Both the position numbers and the translations under genes were made by a program. From positions 10,230-74,229 of the forward strand of contig JAHYJK010000002.1 of assembly GCA_019429225.1 (NCBI GenBank): a DNA stretch of 64,000 bases. Direction: 5' to 3'. The stretch is from Anaerolineaceae bacterium (lineage in GTDB: Bacteria > Chloroflexota > Anaerolineae > Anaerolineales > Anaerolineaceae). The notes under the pieces were generated by a model. The model did not search any database, was not told the origin of the DNA, and saw nothing but the letters and a program-made list of their open reading frames with translations. Positions 44,731 through 54,205 of the stretch are shown piece after piece; positions within the stretch are counted from its first letter, which is position 1; every line of letters starts with the position of its first letter.

Positions 44731-45534
44731 ATGAATGCAAAAGTAGTGACAATTTCTAGTGGAAAAGGAGGTGTCGGAAAAACGACTACCTCGGCCAATT
44801 TAGCAGTAGCATTAGCTCAAGAAAATCAAAAGGTTGTCTGTATCGATGGCGATATTGGCTTAAGAAATTTAGATGTAATTTTAGGACTTGAAAATAGAAT
44901 TGTTTATGATCTCGTTGATGTGGTTGAAGGTCGTTGTAGAATTCGACAGGCAATGATCCGTGATAAACGCTTACCTGAACTTTTCCTGATCCCTGCTGCC
45001 CAAACACGCGATAAAAGTGCGGTTTCACCAAGTGATATGATCCGGTTGTGTGAAGAATTAAAAGACGAAATGGACTGGATCATCATCGACTCACCAGCAG
45101 GTATTGAGCGGGGATTTCGCAACGCTTTAGCACCGGCTGATTTAGTTCTTGTAGTAACGAATCCAGAAGTTTCATCGGTAAGAGATGCAGATCGAATCAT
45201 TGGTCTGGTCGAAGCAGAAGAAAAAGGACCTGCACAACTTATCTTAAATCGAGTAAATCCCGCATTAACAAAAAGAGGTGATATGCTCAGCACAGATGAT
45301 GTGCTTGAGCTATTGGCCATAAAATTAATCGGTGTTATTCCTGAAGACGAATCGGTGATTGTCGCTTCCAATCGTGGGCAGCCAGTGTCATTTGCGAATA
45401 ATTCAAAAGCCGGGCAAGCATTTCATAATACAGCAAAAAGAATGCTTGGAGAAGAGGTTCCGTTTATGGACATTGAAGCGAACAATGGATTTATTAACAA
45501 ATTGGCAAAAATGATGAAATTTAGAGGTGATTAA
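44731..45534 (+). CDS. minD: Septum site-determining ATPase MinD
   Basis: 267 aa. SGKGGVGKTTTSANL deviant Walker A, IIDSPAG, C-terminal amphipathic helix. Confidence 0.95.
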   Translation: MNAKVVTISSGKGGVGKTTTSANLAVALAQENQKVVCIDGDIGLRNLDVILGLENRIVYDLVDVVEGRCRIRQAMIRDKRLPELFLIPAAQTRDKSAVSPSDMIRLCEELKDEMDWIIIDSPAGIERGFRNALAPADLVLVVTNPEVSSVRDADRIIGLVEAEEKGPAQLILNRVNPALTKRGDMLSTDDVLELLAIKLIGVIPEDESVIVASNRGQPVSFANNSKAGQAFHNTAKRMLGEEVPFMDIEANNGFINKLAKMMKFRGD

Positions 45535-45800
45535 TGGATAATTTCCTCGAAAAACTTTTTGGTAAAGAGAAGAAAAGTGCTAATACTGCTAAAGAAAGAT
45601 TGAAGTTGGTGTTAATCCATGATCGCACTGATATAACACCTGGTCAACTGGAAAGCTTAAAAAATGAAATAATCGATGTGATTTCTAAATATATTCATAT
45701 TGAACCGAACAAAGTAAAGATTAATATGACACAGGAAGGCAAAGAACATCGATTAATTGCAGATATTCCGATTTCCTCAACTCCGAATCGTAGAAAATAA
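45534..45800 (+). CDS. minE: Cell division topological specificity factor MinE
   Basis: 88 aa. SANTAKERLKLVLIHDR. TAATG overlap with minD. Confidence 0.9.
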   Translation: MDNFLEKLFGKEKKSANTAKERLKLVLIHDRTDITPGQLESLKNEIIDVISKYIHIEPNKVKINMTQEGKEHRLIADIPISSTPNRRK

Positions 45801-45826
45801 GGAGATTTTCCTGATTAAAATTTATC

Positions 45827-46921
45827 ATGTTTAAAAGAGAATTCTGGCAACAATTTGATTACTTATTATTTGGGGGAGTGCTCATCCTATGCATATTTGG
45901 AATAGCGATGATTCAATCTGCTATTGCAGGAAATCAAGAAATTGCAATTTCTGTTTCACGACAAGTAATTTTTGTTGTTGGTGGTTTTGTTGTATTATTC
46001 CTGACTTCTTTAATTGATTATCGCTATTTATCATCGTTGACACGGATAATGTACATCTTTTCTGTTGTGATTCTAATGGGTATTTATGTTATTGGAACAG
46101 CAGTATACGGATCTGCGAGATGGTTTGATACGGGAGTTATTCTCATTCAGCCTTCAGAGCTTGTAAAAACAATCATGATAGTGATTCTGGCTGATTATTT
46201 TTATAAAACCCAGGATCAGGATAAAAATTTAAATTGGATATTGAAGAGTTTTCTTATAACTGCGTTTGTGGTGTTGTGGATTTTTATTCAGCCGAATTTA
46301 AGCATGTCGATTGTGATTTTTGTGATCTGGTTCGTGCTGTTGTGGTATGCTGGATTGCCTTTTAAATATTTACTGATTTTTGCTGGGGTTGGCATTATTT
46401 TAGGATTCATTGGTTTCAATTTTCTGGAAGATTATCAACAAAAAAGAATTTTTAATTTTCTTTTTCCTGATCCGACCGCACGATACGGAGAAACATATAA
46501 TGTGGATCAGGCGAAAATTTCTATCGGTTCTGGAGGACTATTAGGGATGGGATACGGTCAGGGATCGCAGGTGCAGCTGCGTTTCTTAAAAGTCCGACAT
46601 ACCGATTTTATTTTTTCAGCTATGGCACATGAATTTGGATTTGTAGGTACTATCTTTATTATGTCGGTTCTGGTATTTGTAATTTACAGGTGTTTCCGGG
46701 TTGGACAGAAGGCTTCTGATATGTTTGGACAATTAATTGCTTATGGAGTGGGTACTCTGCTCTTTTTTCAAATGGCTGTTAATATAGGCGTTAATTTGAA
46801 CGTAATACCGGTCACTGGATTAACATTACCATTTATTAGCTATGGAGGCAGCTCGTTAGCCTCCCTGTTACTGGGAATCGGATTTGTGGAAAGTGTTTCT
46901 GCGCATAGACATAGAGAATAA
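45827..46921 (+). CDS. rodA: Peptidoglycan glycosyltransferase RodA (SEDS family)
   Basis: 364 aa polytopic. IQPSELVK, TDFIFS, GLTLPFISYGGSS. Confidence 0.9.
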   Translation: MFKREFWQQFDYLLFGGVLILCIFGIAMIQSAIAGNQEIAISVSRQVIFVVGGFVVLFLTSLIDYRYLSSLTRIMYIFSVVILMGIYVIGTAVYGSARWFDTGVILIQPSELVKTIMIVILADYFYKTQDQDKNLNWILKSFLITAFVVLWIFIQPNLSMSIVIFVIWFVLLWYAGLPFKYLLIFAGVGIILGFIGFNFLEDYQQKRIFNFLFPDPTARYGETYNVDQAKISIGSGGLLGMGYGQGSQVQLRFLKVRHTDFIFSAMAHEFGFVGTIFIMSVLVFVIYRCFRVGQKASDMFGQLIAYGVGTLLFFQMAVNIGVNLNVIPVTGLTLPFISYGGSSLASLLLGIGFVESVSAHRHRE

Positions 46922-46937
46922 AATGGAGAAAAAATCA

Positions 46938-48428
46938 ATGAAACCAGCTAGAGTTCGTTTTGCACCCTCACCGACAGGACACATGCATTTAGGAAGTGCC
47001 CGTACTGCTTTATATGATTATTTATTAGCCAAACAAACAGGTGGCCAATTTATTTTAAGAATTGAGGATACAGACCAGAAAAGATATGTTGAAGGTGCTG
47101 AACAAGAACTATTGGATGGGCTACATTGGTTGGGATTGGATTGGGATGAAGGTCCTGATAAAGGTGGAGCATTCGGTCCATATCGGCAATCGGAACGAAA
47201 AGAGATCTATCAACAATATGCTCGACAATTGGTTGAAGCTGGCCATGCATTTTATTGTTTTTGCACCCCTGAACGATTACAAGCAGTGAGAGAAGAACAA
47301 ATCCGCAACAAATTTCATGCAAAATATGACGGCACATGCCGAAATATTCCTTTAGAAGAAGCTGACCATCGAATTAAGAATGGTGAAAACCATGTGGTAC
47401 GATTTAAAACACCTAAAACCGGTACCACGATCGTTCATGATCATCTCAGGGGTGAAATTGTGGTGGATAACAGTACACTGGATGATTACATTATTGTTAA
47501 ATCAGATGGACTGGCTTTATATCATCTGGCTGCACCGGTGGATGATCATTTGATGAAAATCACACATGTATTACGCGGATCTGAATGGCTGCCAACCTTT
47601 CCCTTACACAGTTTGATTCACAAAGCATTTGGTTGGGAAGAACCGGTGTGGGTGCACCTGAGTGTATTCCTTAAACCTTCCGGCAAAGGTAAAATGAGCA
47701 AACGGGAGGCAATGGATCTGGCAAAGGATGGGAAATCCATTTTTATCAAAGATTTACGTGAATTGGGTTATATTCCAGAAGCGGTTGTAAATTGGATTGC
47801 CTTGATGGGTTGGAGCTATGACGATCACACTGAATTCTTCTTGTTGGATGATCTGATTGAAAAATTTAGCCTTGATAAACTCAATCCTTCTCCGGCAGCG
47901 ATTAATTTTACAAAGTTTGACCATTTTAACGGATTACACATTCGCAATTTGAGCATACCTGATCTAACCAATAGGATTCACCCATTCTTCGTTGAAAAAG
48001 GAATCGAAGTAAATTTAGAAAAACTCGAAAAGATCACGCCGATTATTCAGGAACGACTACAAACACTGGATGATGCTCCTGATTTGGGAGGGTTTATTTT
48101 TGATGAAGATGTTGAAGTAACAGCAAGCGAATTGGTTGCAAAAAATACAACACAGTTGGAATCTTTAAACATTCTTAAGGAAATTTACCAGGTCATCACA
48201 CAACTACCCCAAATTACTCACGAAATGGCTGAGCCACCCATGCGGGAATTGGTCGAAAAGTTGGGTTATAAACCCGGTCAGGTTTTCGGTATATTGCGCG
48301 TAGCCGTCACAGGAAGAATGGTTAGCCCGCCCTTATTTGAAACAATGGAAATTATCGGTAGAGAAAAAGTAATTTCGAGATTAGAAGATGCAATTAAAAT
48401 GTTGGAGAAGCCGTTGGAACAGAATTAA
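46938..48428 (+). CDS. gltX: Glutamate--tRNA ligase
   Basis: ORF from 46884 overlaps rodA. ATG 46938 follows GGAG. RFAPSPTGHMHLG (HIGH), GKMSKR (KMSKS). Confidence 0.9.
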   Translation: MKPARVRFAPSPTGHMHLGSARTALYDYLLAKQTGGQFILRIEDTDQKRYVEGAEQELLDGLHWLGLDWDEGPDKGGAFGPYRQSERKEIYQQYARQLVEAGHAFYCFCTPERLQAVREEQIRNKFHAKYDGTCRNIPLEEADHRIKNGENHVVRFKTPKTGTTIVHDHLRGEIVVDNSTLDDYIIVKSDGLALYHLAAPVDDHLMKITHVLRGSEWLPTFPLHSLIHKAFGWEEPVWVHLSVFLKPSGKGKMSKREAMDLAKDGKSIFIKDLRELGYIPEAVVNWIALMGWSYDDHTEFFLLDDLIEKFSLDKLNPSPAAINFTKFDHFNGLHIRNLSIPDLTNRIHPFFVEKGIEVNLEKLEKITPIIQERLQTLDDAPDLGGFIFDEDVEVTASELVAKNTTQLESLNILKEIYQVITQLPQITHEMAEPPMRELVEKLGYKPGQVFGILRVAVTGRMVSPPLFETMEIIGREKVISRLEDAIKMLEKPLEQN

Positions 48429-48507
48429 AATGTCCTGGTAATTTTGCCAAAACTGGAATTGGAGACCTGTACAACGAATTCTGATTATGATAAACTTGCG
48501 AGGTCAG

Positions 48508-48578
48508 TGGGGGTTCGTCTAACGGTAGGACAACTGACTCTGGATCAGTATGTAGGGGTTCGAATCCTCTACCCCCAG
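48508..48578 (+). tRNA. tRNA-Gln (anticodon CUG)
   Basis: Hand-folded: TGGGGGT/ACCCCCA acceptor, ACTGA-CTCTGGA-TCAGT anticodon arm, AGGGG-TTCGAAT-CCTCT T-arm, discriminator G. No encoded CCA. Confidence 0.9.
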
Positions 48579-48585
48579 CTAGCAA

Positions 48586-48610
48586 AAGAAGTGGCAAGTC
48601 CACTTTTTTT
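48586..48610 (+). terminator. Rho-independent terminator after tRNA-Gln
   Basis: Stem aagtgg/ccactt, loop caagt, T7 tract. Confidence 0.55.
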
Positions 48611-48622
48611 GGTTTATAAGAC

Positions 48623-48653
48623 AAAAAAGCAGCCTTTTCAGCTGCTTTTCTTT
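48623..48653 (-). terminator. Rho-independent terminator of the minus-strand rel-moeA-VKOR-small protein unit
   Basis: Minus strand reads aaaagcagc-tgaaaag-gctgctttttt, directly after the stop at 48657. Confidence 0.65.
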
Positions 48654-48656
48654 GAT

Positions 48657-48896
48657 TTAGTACTCTTCATCCTCATCGAGCCAGTCATCTTCATCTTCTT
48701 CTTCTAAACTGGTCAATTCACCCCATTCATCTACTTCATCATCTTCGTCATTATCCCAGGGTTCTTCAGGTATTGAATCTGCCGAGGGTGTGTAGGTTAT
48801 GCATCCTTTATCCGGATCCAGCTCTATCAATGCGGCTGAACAAAAACCTTCATCTAGAAATTCACAATCCTCATAATGACATTTAATTTTTGGCAT
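48657..48896 (-). CDS. Small Cys4 (DUF1540-like) protein with hyper-acidic Trp-containing tail
   Basis: 79 aa. C6-x4-C11-x7-C19-x12-C32. 24 of the last 42 residues are D/E, with three Trp. RBS AGGAGG upstream. Confidence 0.6.
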   Translation of the reverse strand: MPKIKCHYEDCEFLDEGFCSAALIELDPDKGCITYTPSADSIPEEPWDNDEDDEVDEWGELTSLEEEDEDDWLDEDEEY

Positions 48897-48917
48897 TTAA
48901 AAATTCCTCCTGATAAA

Positions 48918-49361
48918 TCATATTTGGTCTAGATTAGTTTCTCTTTGATCAATGAGTAAATTAATGAGAGAAAGAATAAAAACTATTGTCATAGTGATCC
49001 CCGAAATGATACAAAAAGGACAAACCGCTTTAATAACAGCAAATTGTAAGTACGTCAAGTAAATTGAAAATAATAATCCTGTTAATGCAATACCAAATAC
49101 AAATATGCTGCCAAAATCGACAAGGAATTTTACTCTATTTTGTAAAATTAAAATCGAAATTATTGTCGAATAAGCTAATATTCCGAAAATTGATATAGGT
49201 ATTCCATTCCATTCTGAATAACTACTGTTGTTTACTGTCCAACAATCGCCAATACCTTCAATACACAAAGCTTTATTATCTGTAAATTTTATGATTGTCA
49301 GATAGATTGCATCCAGGATGCCCAGGATTGCAATAATAACAGTTACTTTTTTGATATTCAT
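48918..49361 (-). CDS. Vitamin K epoxide reductase (VKOR)-family membrane thiol oxidoreductase
   Basis: 147 aa, about 4 helices. Loop Cys pair CIEGIGDC, S/T-rich NNSSYSEW, and CPFC in the last helix. Confidence 0.7.
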   Translation of the reverse strand: MNIKKVTVIIAILGILDAIYLTIIKFTDNKALCIEGIGDCWTVNNSSYSEWNGIPISIFGILAYSTIISILILQNRVKFLVDFGSIFVFGIALTGLLFSIYLTYLQFAVIKAVCPFCIISGITMTIVFILSLINLLIDQRETNLDQI

Positions 49362-49368
49362 GTGTTTG

Positions 49369-50601
49369 TTAAATCCAAAAAAAGTTTACCTCGTTCCCTT
49401 TAGGCACGGATTTTACACCAGCTGGAATAATCAGTAAAGCATTTGCACAAACTAATGAAAAGATATTCCCAGACCCCTGATGGCTTGCCAACCTGGCCTG
49501 GTAGTTTCCCTGATTAATTGAAATGTCAGCCCTTAAGTAACTTTCGCGCCCATCCGAAATGATTTCCTCTACTATTATTGCTGAATGGAGGATCAATTTT
49601 TCTTGAATTCCGAGTAGTTGATTAATAATCGGTTTTATGAAGACCAGCGCAGAGACGAAGGCTGAAACGGGGTTTCCTGGCAGGCCGATGAATGGAATTT
49701 TCTGATATTCTCCAAAGGTTAGAGGTTTACCAGGCCGAATATTGACTTTCCAGAAGCTTAAATTTCCATCTTCCAGAATAACATCCCGAATGAAATCATA
49801 CACACCAACACTCACTCCAGCAGTAGAAACGAGTAAATCTATGTGCAATGTCTGGATATTCAGTAATTTGTTTTTTATATCCTGAAGATCATCTTTGGCA
49901 ACCCCCAGATCAATTACTTTTGCGCCAAAGGATTCCAACAAGGTTTTTATGGTGATGGTGTTCGAATCGTAAATTTTTCCAGGATACAAAGTTTCTCCTG
50001 GTTGGGTGAGTTCATCTCCTGAGGATAATAATGCAATGACAGGTTGCTGCACAGTTTCAATTTCACCAAAACCCTGGGCAGCCAGGAATCCTAAATCCTG
50101 TGGCCTTAATAGATGCCCTTTAGAAAAAATCTTTTCTCCAACCTGAATATCCTGACCTTCTGGTCGAATGTAATCGCCCGATGAAACTGATTTGTAAACG
50201 TAAATGTGGGATGGTAATTCTTTTTGGTAATATCGATCGGAAAAATTGGTGAATTCCACCGGAACGACAGCATCTGCTCCAGGAGGTAAAGGCGCGCCGG
50301 TCATAATTCTGGATGCCTGACCTGGATTTATTTGATGCTTCGGAGCTGTGCCCGCAGCGATATCTTCAATGATTTTCAACTCAATCGGATTTTCTTCTGT
50401 TGCACCCCTGATGTTTTCAGAAAGCACTGCAAATCCATCCATGCTTGAGTTATTAAACGGTGGAAGGTTCAAGATCGCAAAGATATCTTTAGATAAAATT
50501 TTCCCCATGGATTGGTTTATGGGTAATAAAACACTATTTTTCATCTTAAATTTTTCAAGAATGATCGTTCTTGCTGATTCTACAGATAATAATTTTTCCA
50601 A
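49369..50601 (-). CDS. moeA: Molybdopterin molybdotransferase MoeA (paralogue 3)
   Basis: 410 aa. PPFNNSSMDGFAV, GAPLPPGADAVVPVE, LSSGDE, GLPGNPVSAFV. Confidence 0.85.
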   Translation of the reverse strand: MEKLLSVESARTIILEKFKMKNSVLLPINQSMGKILSKDIFAILNLPPFNNSSMDGFAVLSENIRGATEENPIELKIIEDIAAGTAPKHQINPGQASRIMTGAPLPPGADAVVPVEFTNFSDRYYQKELPSHIYVYKSVSSGDYIRPEGQDIQVGEKIFSKGHLLRPQDLGFLAAQGFGEIETVQQPVIALLSSGDELTQPGETLYPGKIYDSNTITIKTLLESFGAKVIDLGVAKDDLQDIKNKLLNIQTLHIDLLVSTAGVSVGVYDFIRDVILEDGNLSFWKVNIRPGKPLTFGEYQKIPFIGLPGNPVSAFVSALVFIKPIINQLLGIQEKLILHSAIIVEEIISDGRESYLRADISINQGNYQARLASHQGSGNIFSLVCANALLIIPAGVKSVPKGNEVNFFWI

Positions 50602-50618
50602 GTGTTCTTTCCTATTAT

Positions 50619-52850
50619 TTATGATGATCGCATTCGGTAAGCTTCCATGACATTTGGTAAATTTTCAATGCGAGTTAATAATCGACTGAGTTGAGAAATA
50701 TCACTCACCTCAACAACCAATTTTATGGTTGCTAGATTATGTGAGACTTTCAATTCAATGTCAACCAGATTTCCACCCTCTGAACTAAGAACATTTGATA
50801 TATCACCCATTAATCCCTGGCGATCATATGCTTTGACCTGAATGGCTACCGGGTAGGTTTTATGTAGTTCGCCCCAGGATACTTTTACGATTCTCTCTCT
50901 GTCCGTCATTCGAAGCATATTGGGGCAATCTGCCCGGTGAATTGTAGCTCCACGTCCACGTGTGATGTAACCGACAATATCATCACCCGGAGCTGGTTTA
51001 CAACAGCGAGCTAAAACTGTTAAAAGTCCTTTTAATCCCAGAACAGTTATTGAATCGCTGGAAATAGGTTGGTCAGACGGTGGTTTAGGGATCAATAATG
51101 GGTCTTCGGTTTCTGGTTCGGTATCAACCAGTTGGCTGATGACCCGACTGATAGAAATATCTCCACAACCAATGCCTACGTATAAATCCTCTATGTTCTT
51201 AAGATCATAATTTGAAAGTAAATCTTCCAAACTTGAATTCTTCAATCCCAATCTTTTGATCTCTCGTTCTAACATCAATTTGCCCTGACTGGCATTTTGA
51301 TCGCGATCTTGCTTCTTAAACCAGTTTCGGATCTTAGATTTTGCTCTTTGTGTTTTCACCAGACCCAGGTTGGAATTTAACCAATCACGGCTTGGACCAC
51401 CTTGCTTGGCAGTTAATATTTCAACCTGATCACCGGTTTTAAGTGCATAATCGAGGGATACTAATTTCCCATTGATTTTTGCTCCACGACAGCGATTCCC
51501 AATTTCTGTGTGCACATGATAGGCAAAATCGATAGGGGTTGCACCGGATGGAAGATCAATAATATCTCCTCGGGGTGTGAATATATACACGCGATCCTGG
51601 AAGACGTCACTCTTCATTCCATCGACAAATTCCTGTGCATCTTCCACTTCCTGACGCCATTCCATTAAGCGTCTGAGCCAATTGATGCGTTGTTCGTAGG
51701 TCTGGTCACGTGGACCACGCTCCTTATATCGCCAGTGTGCAGCAATACCAAATTCTGCGTTCTGATGCATTTCTGCTGTTCGGATCTGAACTTCGAGTGG
51801 TTTCCCATCTGCATAAATGATTGCGGTGTGAAGACTTTGATAAAAATTGTCTTTTGGTGCAGCGATATAATCATCAAATTCATGTGGAATGGGACGCCAA
51901 TGCGTGTGAATCACACCTAATGCGGCGTAACAACTGGGAACATCATCCACAATAAGTCTGACACCTCGCAAATCAAGAACCATATCGAAGGGTTTATCTT
52001 TTTCGATCATTTTTTTGTATATTGAAAAAATATGCTTGGATCTTCCCGAAATTTCGATATTCTTGATACCAGCATTCAAAAGAATCCTTTTTAAGTTATC
52101 TTTGATTTGGTTGATTTCCTGTTCGCGATCGCCTCTGCGGATGGAGAGATTATTGGCGATTTCTTTGTATTTTTCCGGGCTTACATAGCGGAATCCGAGA
52201 TCTTCAAGTTCCCATTTGACCTGCCAGATACCAAGCCGATTTGCCAGTGGCGCAAAAATATCAAGGGTTTCCTGTGCAATTCTTTTTCTTTTGCTTTCTG
52301 GCATATACCCAAGTGTACGCATATTATGAAGGCGATCAGCTAATTTGATCAGAACCACTCTGATGTCATCACCCATCGCCAGAAAGACTTTTCTTAATGT
52401 CTCATTACTTAAGTCTTTTTTTCGATCTCTTACAGACGGAAAAATATCATCATTGCTGTCCTCGTCATTTTCGAGCGCATCGGTTAGCAAGATGGAATCT
52501 TTTTTACTTATCTGATCGCCACGGGATACTCGTGGCAGGTTGGTTAATTTTGTGACTCCATCTACCAGCCTGGCGATTTCTTCTCCAAAATTATTCTTTA
52601 TATCCAAGGTGGTGGTAGCACTATCTTCAACCGTATCGTGTAATAATCCTGCAAGGACGACTGCAGGAGGAACTTTCATTTCTGCGAGTATTGCTGCGAC
52701 AGATACACAATGGGTAATATAAGGCTCGCCGGAAACACGTTTTTGGCCTTCGTGAGCTTTTTCTGCAAATTTGTATGCTTTCATTACCATTTCGCGATCA
52801 ACGAAATTGTAATTTTCTGGTAATGAATCCATTAATGCTTCAATTTTCAT
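50619..52850 (-). CDS. rel: Bifunctional (p)ppGpp synthetase/hydrolase (Rel/SpoT homologue)
   Basis: 743 aa. HD hydrolase (HCVSVA..LHDTVED), synthetase block (YQSLHT..EVQIRT..MH..AE.G.AAHW.YK), TGS (GATPIDFAY) and a C-terminal ACT-like domain. Confidence 0.9.
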   Translation of the reverse strand: MKIEALMDSLPENYNFVDREMVMKAYKFAEKAHEGQKRVSGEPYITHCVSVAAILAEMKVPPAVVLAGLLHDTVEDSATTTLDIKNNFGEEIARLVDGVTKLTNLPRVSRGDQISKKDSILLTDALENDEDSNDDIFPSVRDRKKDLSNETLRKVFLAMGDDIRVVLIKLADRLHNMRTLGYMPESKRKRIAQETLDIFAPLANRLGIWQVKWELEDLGFRYVSPEKYKEIANNLSIRRGDREQEINQIKDNLKRILLNAGIKNIEISGRSKHIFSIYKKMIEKDKPFDMVLDLRGVRLIVDDVPSCYAALGVIHTHWRPIPHEFDDYIAAPKDNFYQSLHTAIIYADGKPLEVQIRTAEMHQNAEFGIAAHWRYKERGPRDQTYEQRINWLRRLMEWRQEVEDAQEFVDGMKSDVFQDRVYIFTPRGDIIDLPSGATPIDFAYHVHTEIGNRCRGAKINGKLVSLDYALKTGDQVEILTAKQGGPSRDWLNSNLGLVKTQRAKSKIRNWFKKQDRDQNASQGKLMLEREIKRLGLKNSSLEDLLSNYDLKNIEDLYVGIGCGDISISRVISQLVDTEPETEDPLLIPKPPSDQPISSDSITVLGLKGLLTVLARCCKPAPGDDIVGYITRGRGATIHRADCPNMLRMTDRERIVKVSWGELHKTYPVAIQVKAYDRQGLMGDISNVLSSEGGNLVDIELKVSHNLATIKLVVEVSDISQLSRLLTRIENLPNVMEAYRMRSS

Positions 52851-53035
52851 TATGTATTCTCTCGAGCTAGATTATATCCAAGAAAATGAATTTGTTTATG
52901 ATTTTGTGCTGGTATATAAAATATTAACAAAAATTACTATCATGGATAGAAGAACATTTTATTAAATAAAAACCAATTTTGAATTTAGAATAATTTCCTA
53001 CTTCATATAAATTGCGTTCTGCTAATTTTTCTATT

Positions 53036-54205
53036 TTATTTTAGTAATTCCTGTCCGCTGAAATCCCTGTCAGGGGCAACAAATGGAAGTATTTCATGAT
53101 CTTGATACGTAAGGGAGTTGGTCGCAAAGCGTTGTAATAATTCACCCATCCCTGGACCCAGCATAAATCCCTGACCGCATGTTCCAGAAGCATGCAAAAA
53201 ACCCTCAACATTCTTTGCCCAACCTATGATCGGGAAACCATCGGGTGTCATTGGATATAAACCCCGCCAAGTTCTACGGACTCGTATATTTTGTAACCTG
53301 GGCATCACATCAATCATTCTTTTCGCTACCATAGGTAAAAATTCGCTTGTTTCTTCCACGTTGAAACCCCAGATGTTTGGTTTCGGCGTGATGCAAAAGA
53401 TGATTTGTCCGGTTGAGTGTTGGTAGAAATAGAAATTTGATGATCCTGGTTGTGGGCGAATATCCACCACCATCGGGTTTAAGAAATGAGCGACTGATTC
53501 GGTAATGGCTGCTTCATGGCTATCAGGATCCACAGGAATGTCAATCTCTGCTAATTTGGCCACCTGTTTTGCCCAGGGTCCTGCTGCATTAATCAATACA
53601 TCTGTCCCATATGTCGAAAGATTGGTTTTAACGCCTTTTATTTTTCCATTGGAGATAATTATTTCCTCAATCGATTCATTAAAATGAAATTCAGCACCCA
53701 GGTCCAAAGCACGTCGATAAAATGAATGGGTTGCCAGGAGTGGTGAGGCGCTGCCATCATCAGGAGAATAAGTTCCTCCCAATAAACCATTTGGGTTGAT
53801 ATCAGGCACAATTTCCAAAAACTCTTCTTTATTCAACCAATTAATATCAAGCCCGAATTCTTTCTGTTTTCGTAATAATTCTTTCAGTGTTCTTTCTTCC
53901 TGTTCGCGATAAGCTACAAAGGTGTATCCACCTTTGTACCAATCGATATCATCCCCATACAATTCTTTCCAGGTGGAGAATATTTCAATGGAACGCAGAC
54001 ATAATCGAATTTTGGCAGGATCGGAATGAGTGGCACGAATACCCCCAATGGCTCGTTTGGAAGACCCCTGACCAACACTGGGAAATTTGTCGATGATCAA
54101 TACTTTAAAACCGGATTTAGCAAGGAAAAATGCAGTAGGAGCACCAATTGACCCTGCACCAACAATAATCACATCATAATGTGGGAAATTCAGCTTAGTC
54201 ATCAA
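53036..54205 (-). CDS. FAD-dependent amine/amino-acid oxidoreductase (DAO family; sarcosine oxidase beta / HcnC / opine oxidase B-like)
   Basis: 389 aa. YDVIIVGAGSIGAPTAFFLAKSG dinucleotide fold. Overlaps the upstream gene by 11 nt. Confidence 0.65.
   Translation of the reverse strand: MMTKLNFPHYDVIIVGAGSIGAPTAFFLAKSGFKVLIIDKFPSVGQGSSKRAIGGIRATHSDPAKIRLCLRSIEIFSTWKELYGDDIDWYKGGYTFVAYREQEERTLKELLRKQKEFGLDINWLNKEEFLEIVPDINPNGLLGGTYSPDDGSASPLLATHSFYRRALDLGAEFHFNESIEEIIISNGKIKGVKTNLSTYGTDVLINAAGPWAKQVAKLAEIDIPVDPDSHEAAITESVAHFLNPMVVDIRPQPGSSNFYFYQHSTGQIIFCITPKPNIWGFNVEETSEFLPMVAKRMIDVMPRLQNIRVRRTWRGLYPMTPDGFPIIGWAKNVEGFLHASGTCGQGFMLGPGMGELLQRFATNSLTYQDHEILPFVAPDRDFSGQELLK

Noticed and set aside
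44904-45371. 155-aa minus-strand ORF antisense to minD.
   Set aside because: It is fully embedded in a highly conserved gene on the other strand. Its composition is Ser/Thr/Ile-rich and it has no RBS.
48394-48624. 76-aa minus-strand ORF and 87-aa plus-strand ORF (48444..48707).
   Set aside because: Both run through the tRNA-Gln gene and the terminator hairpins, so they are artefacts.
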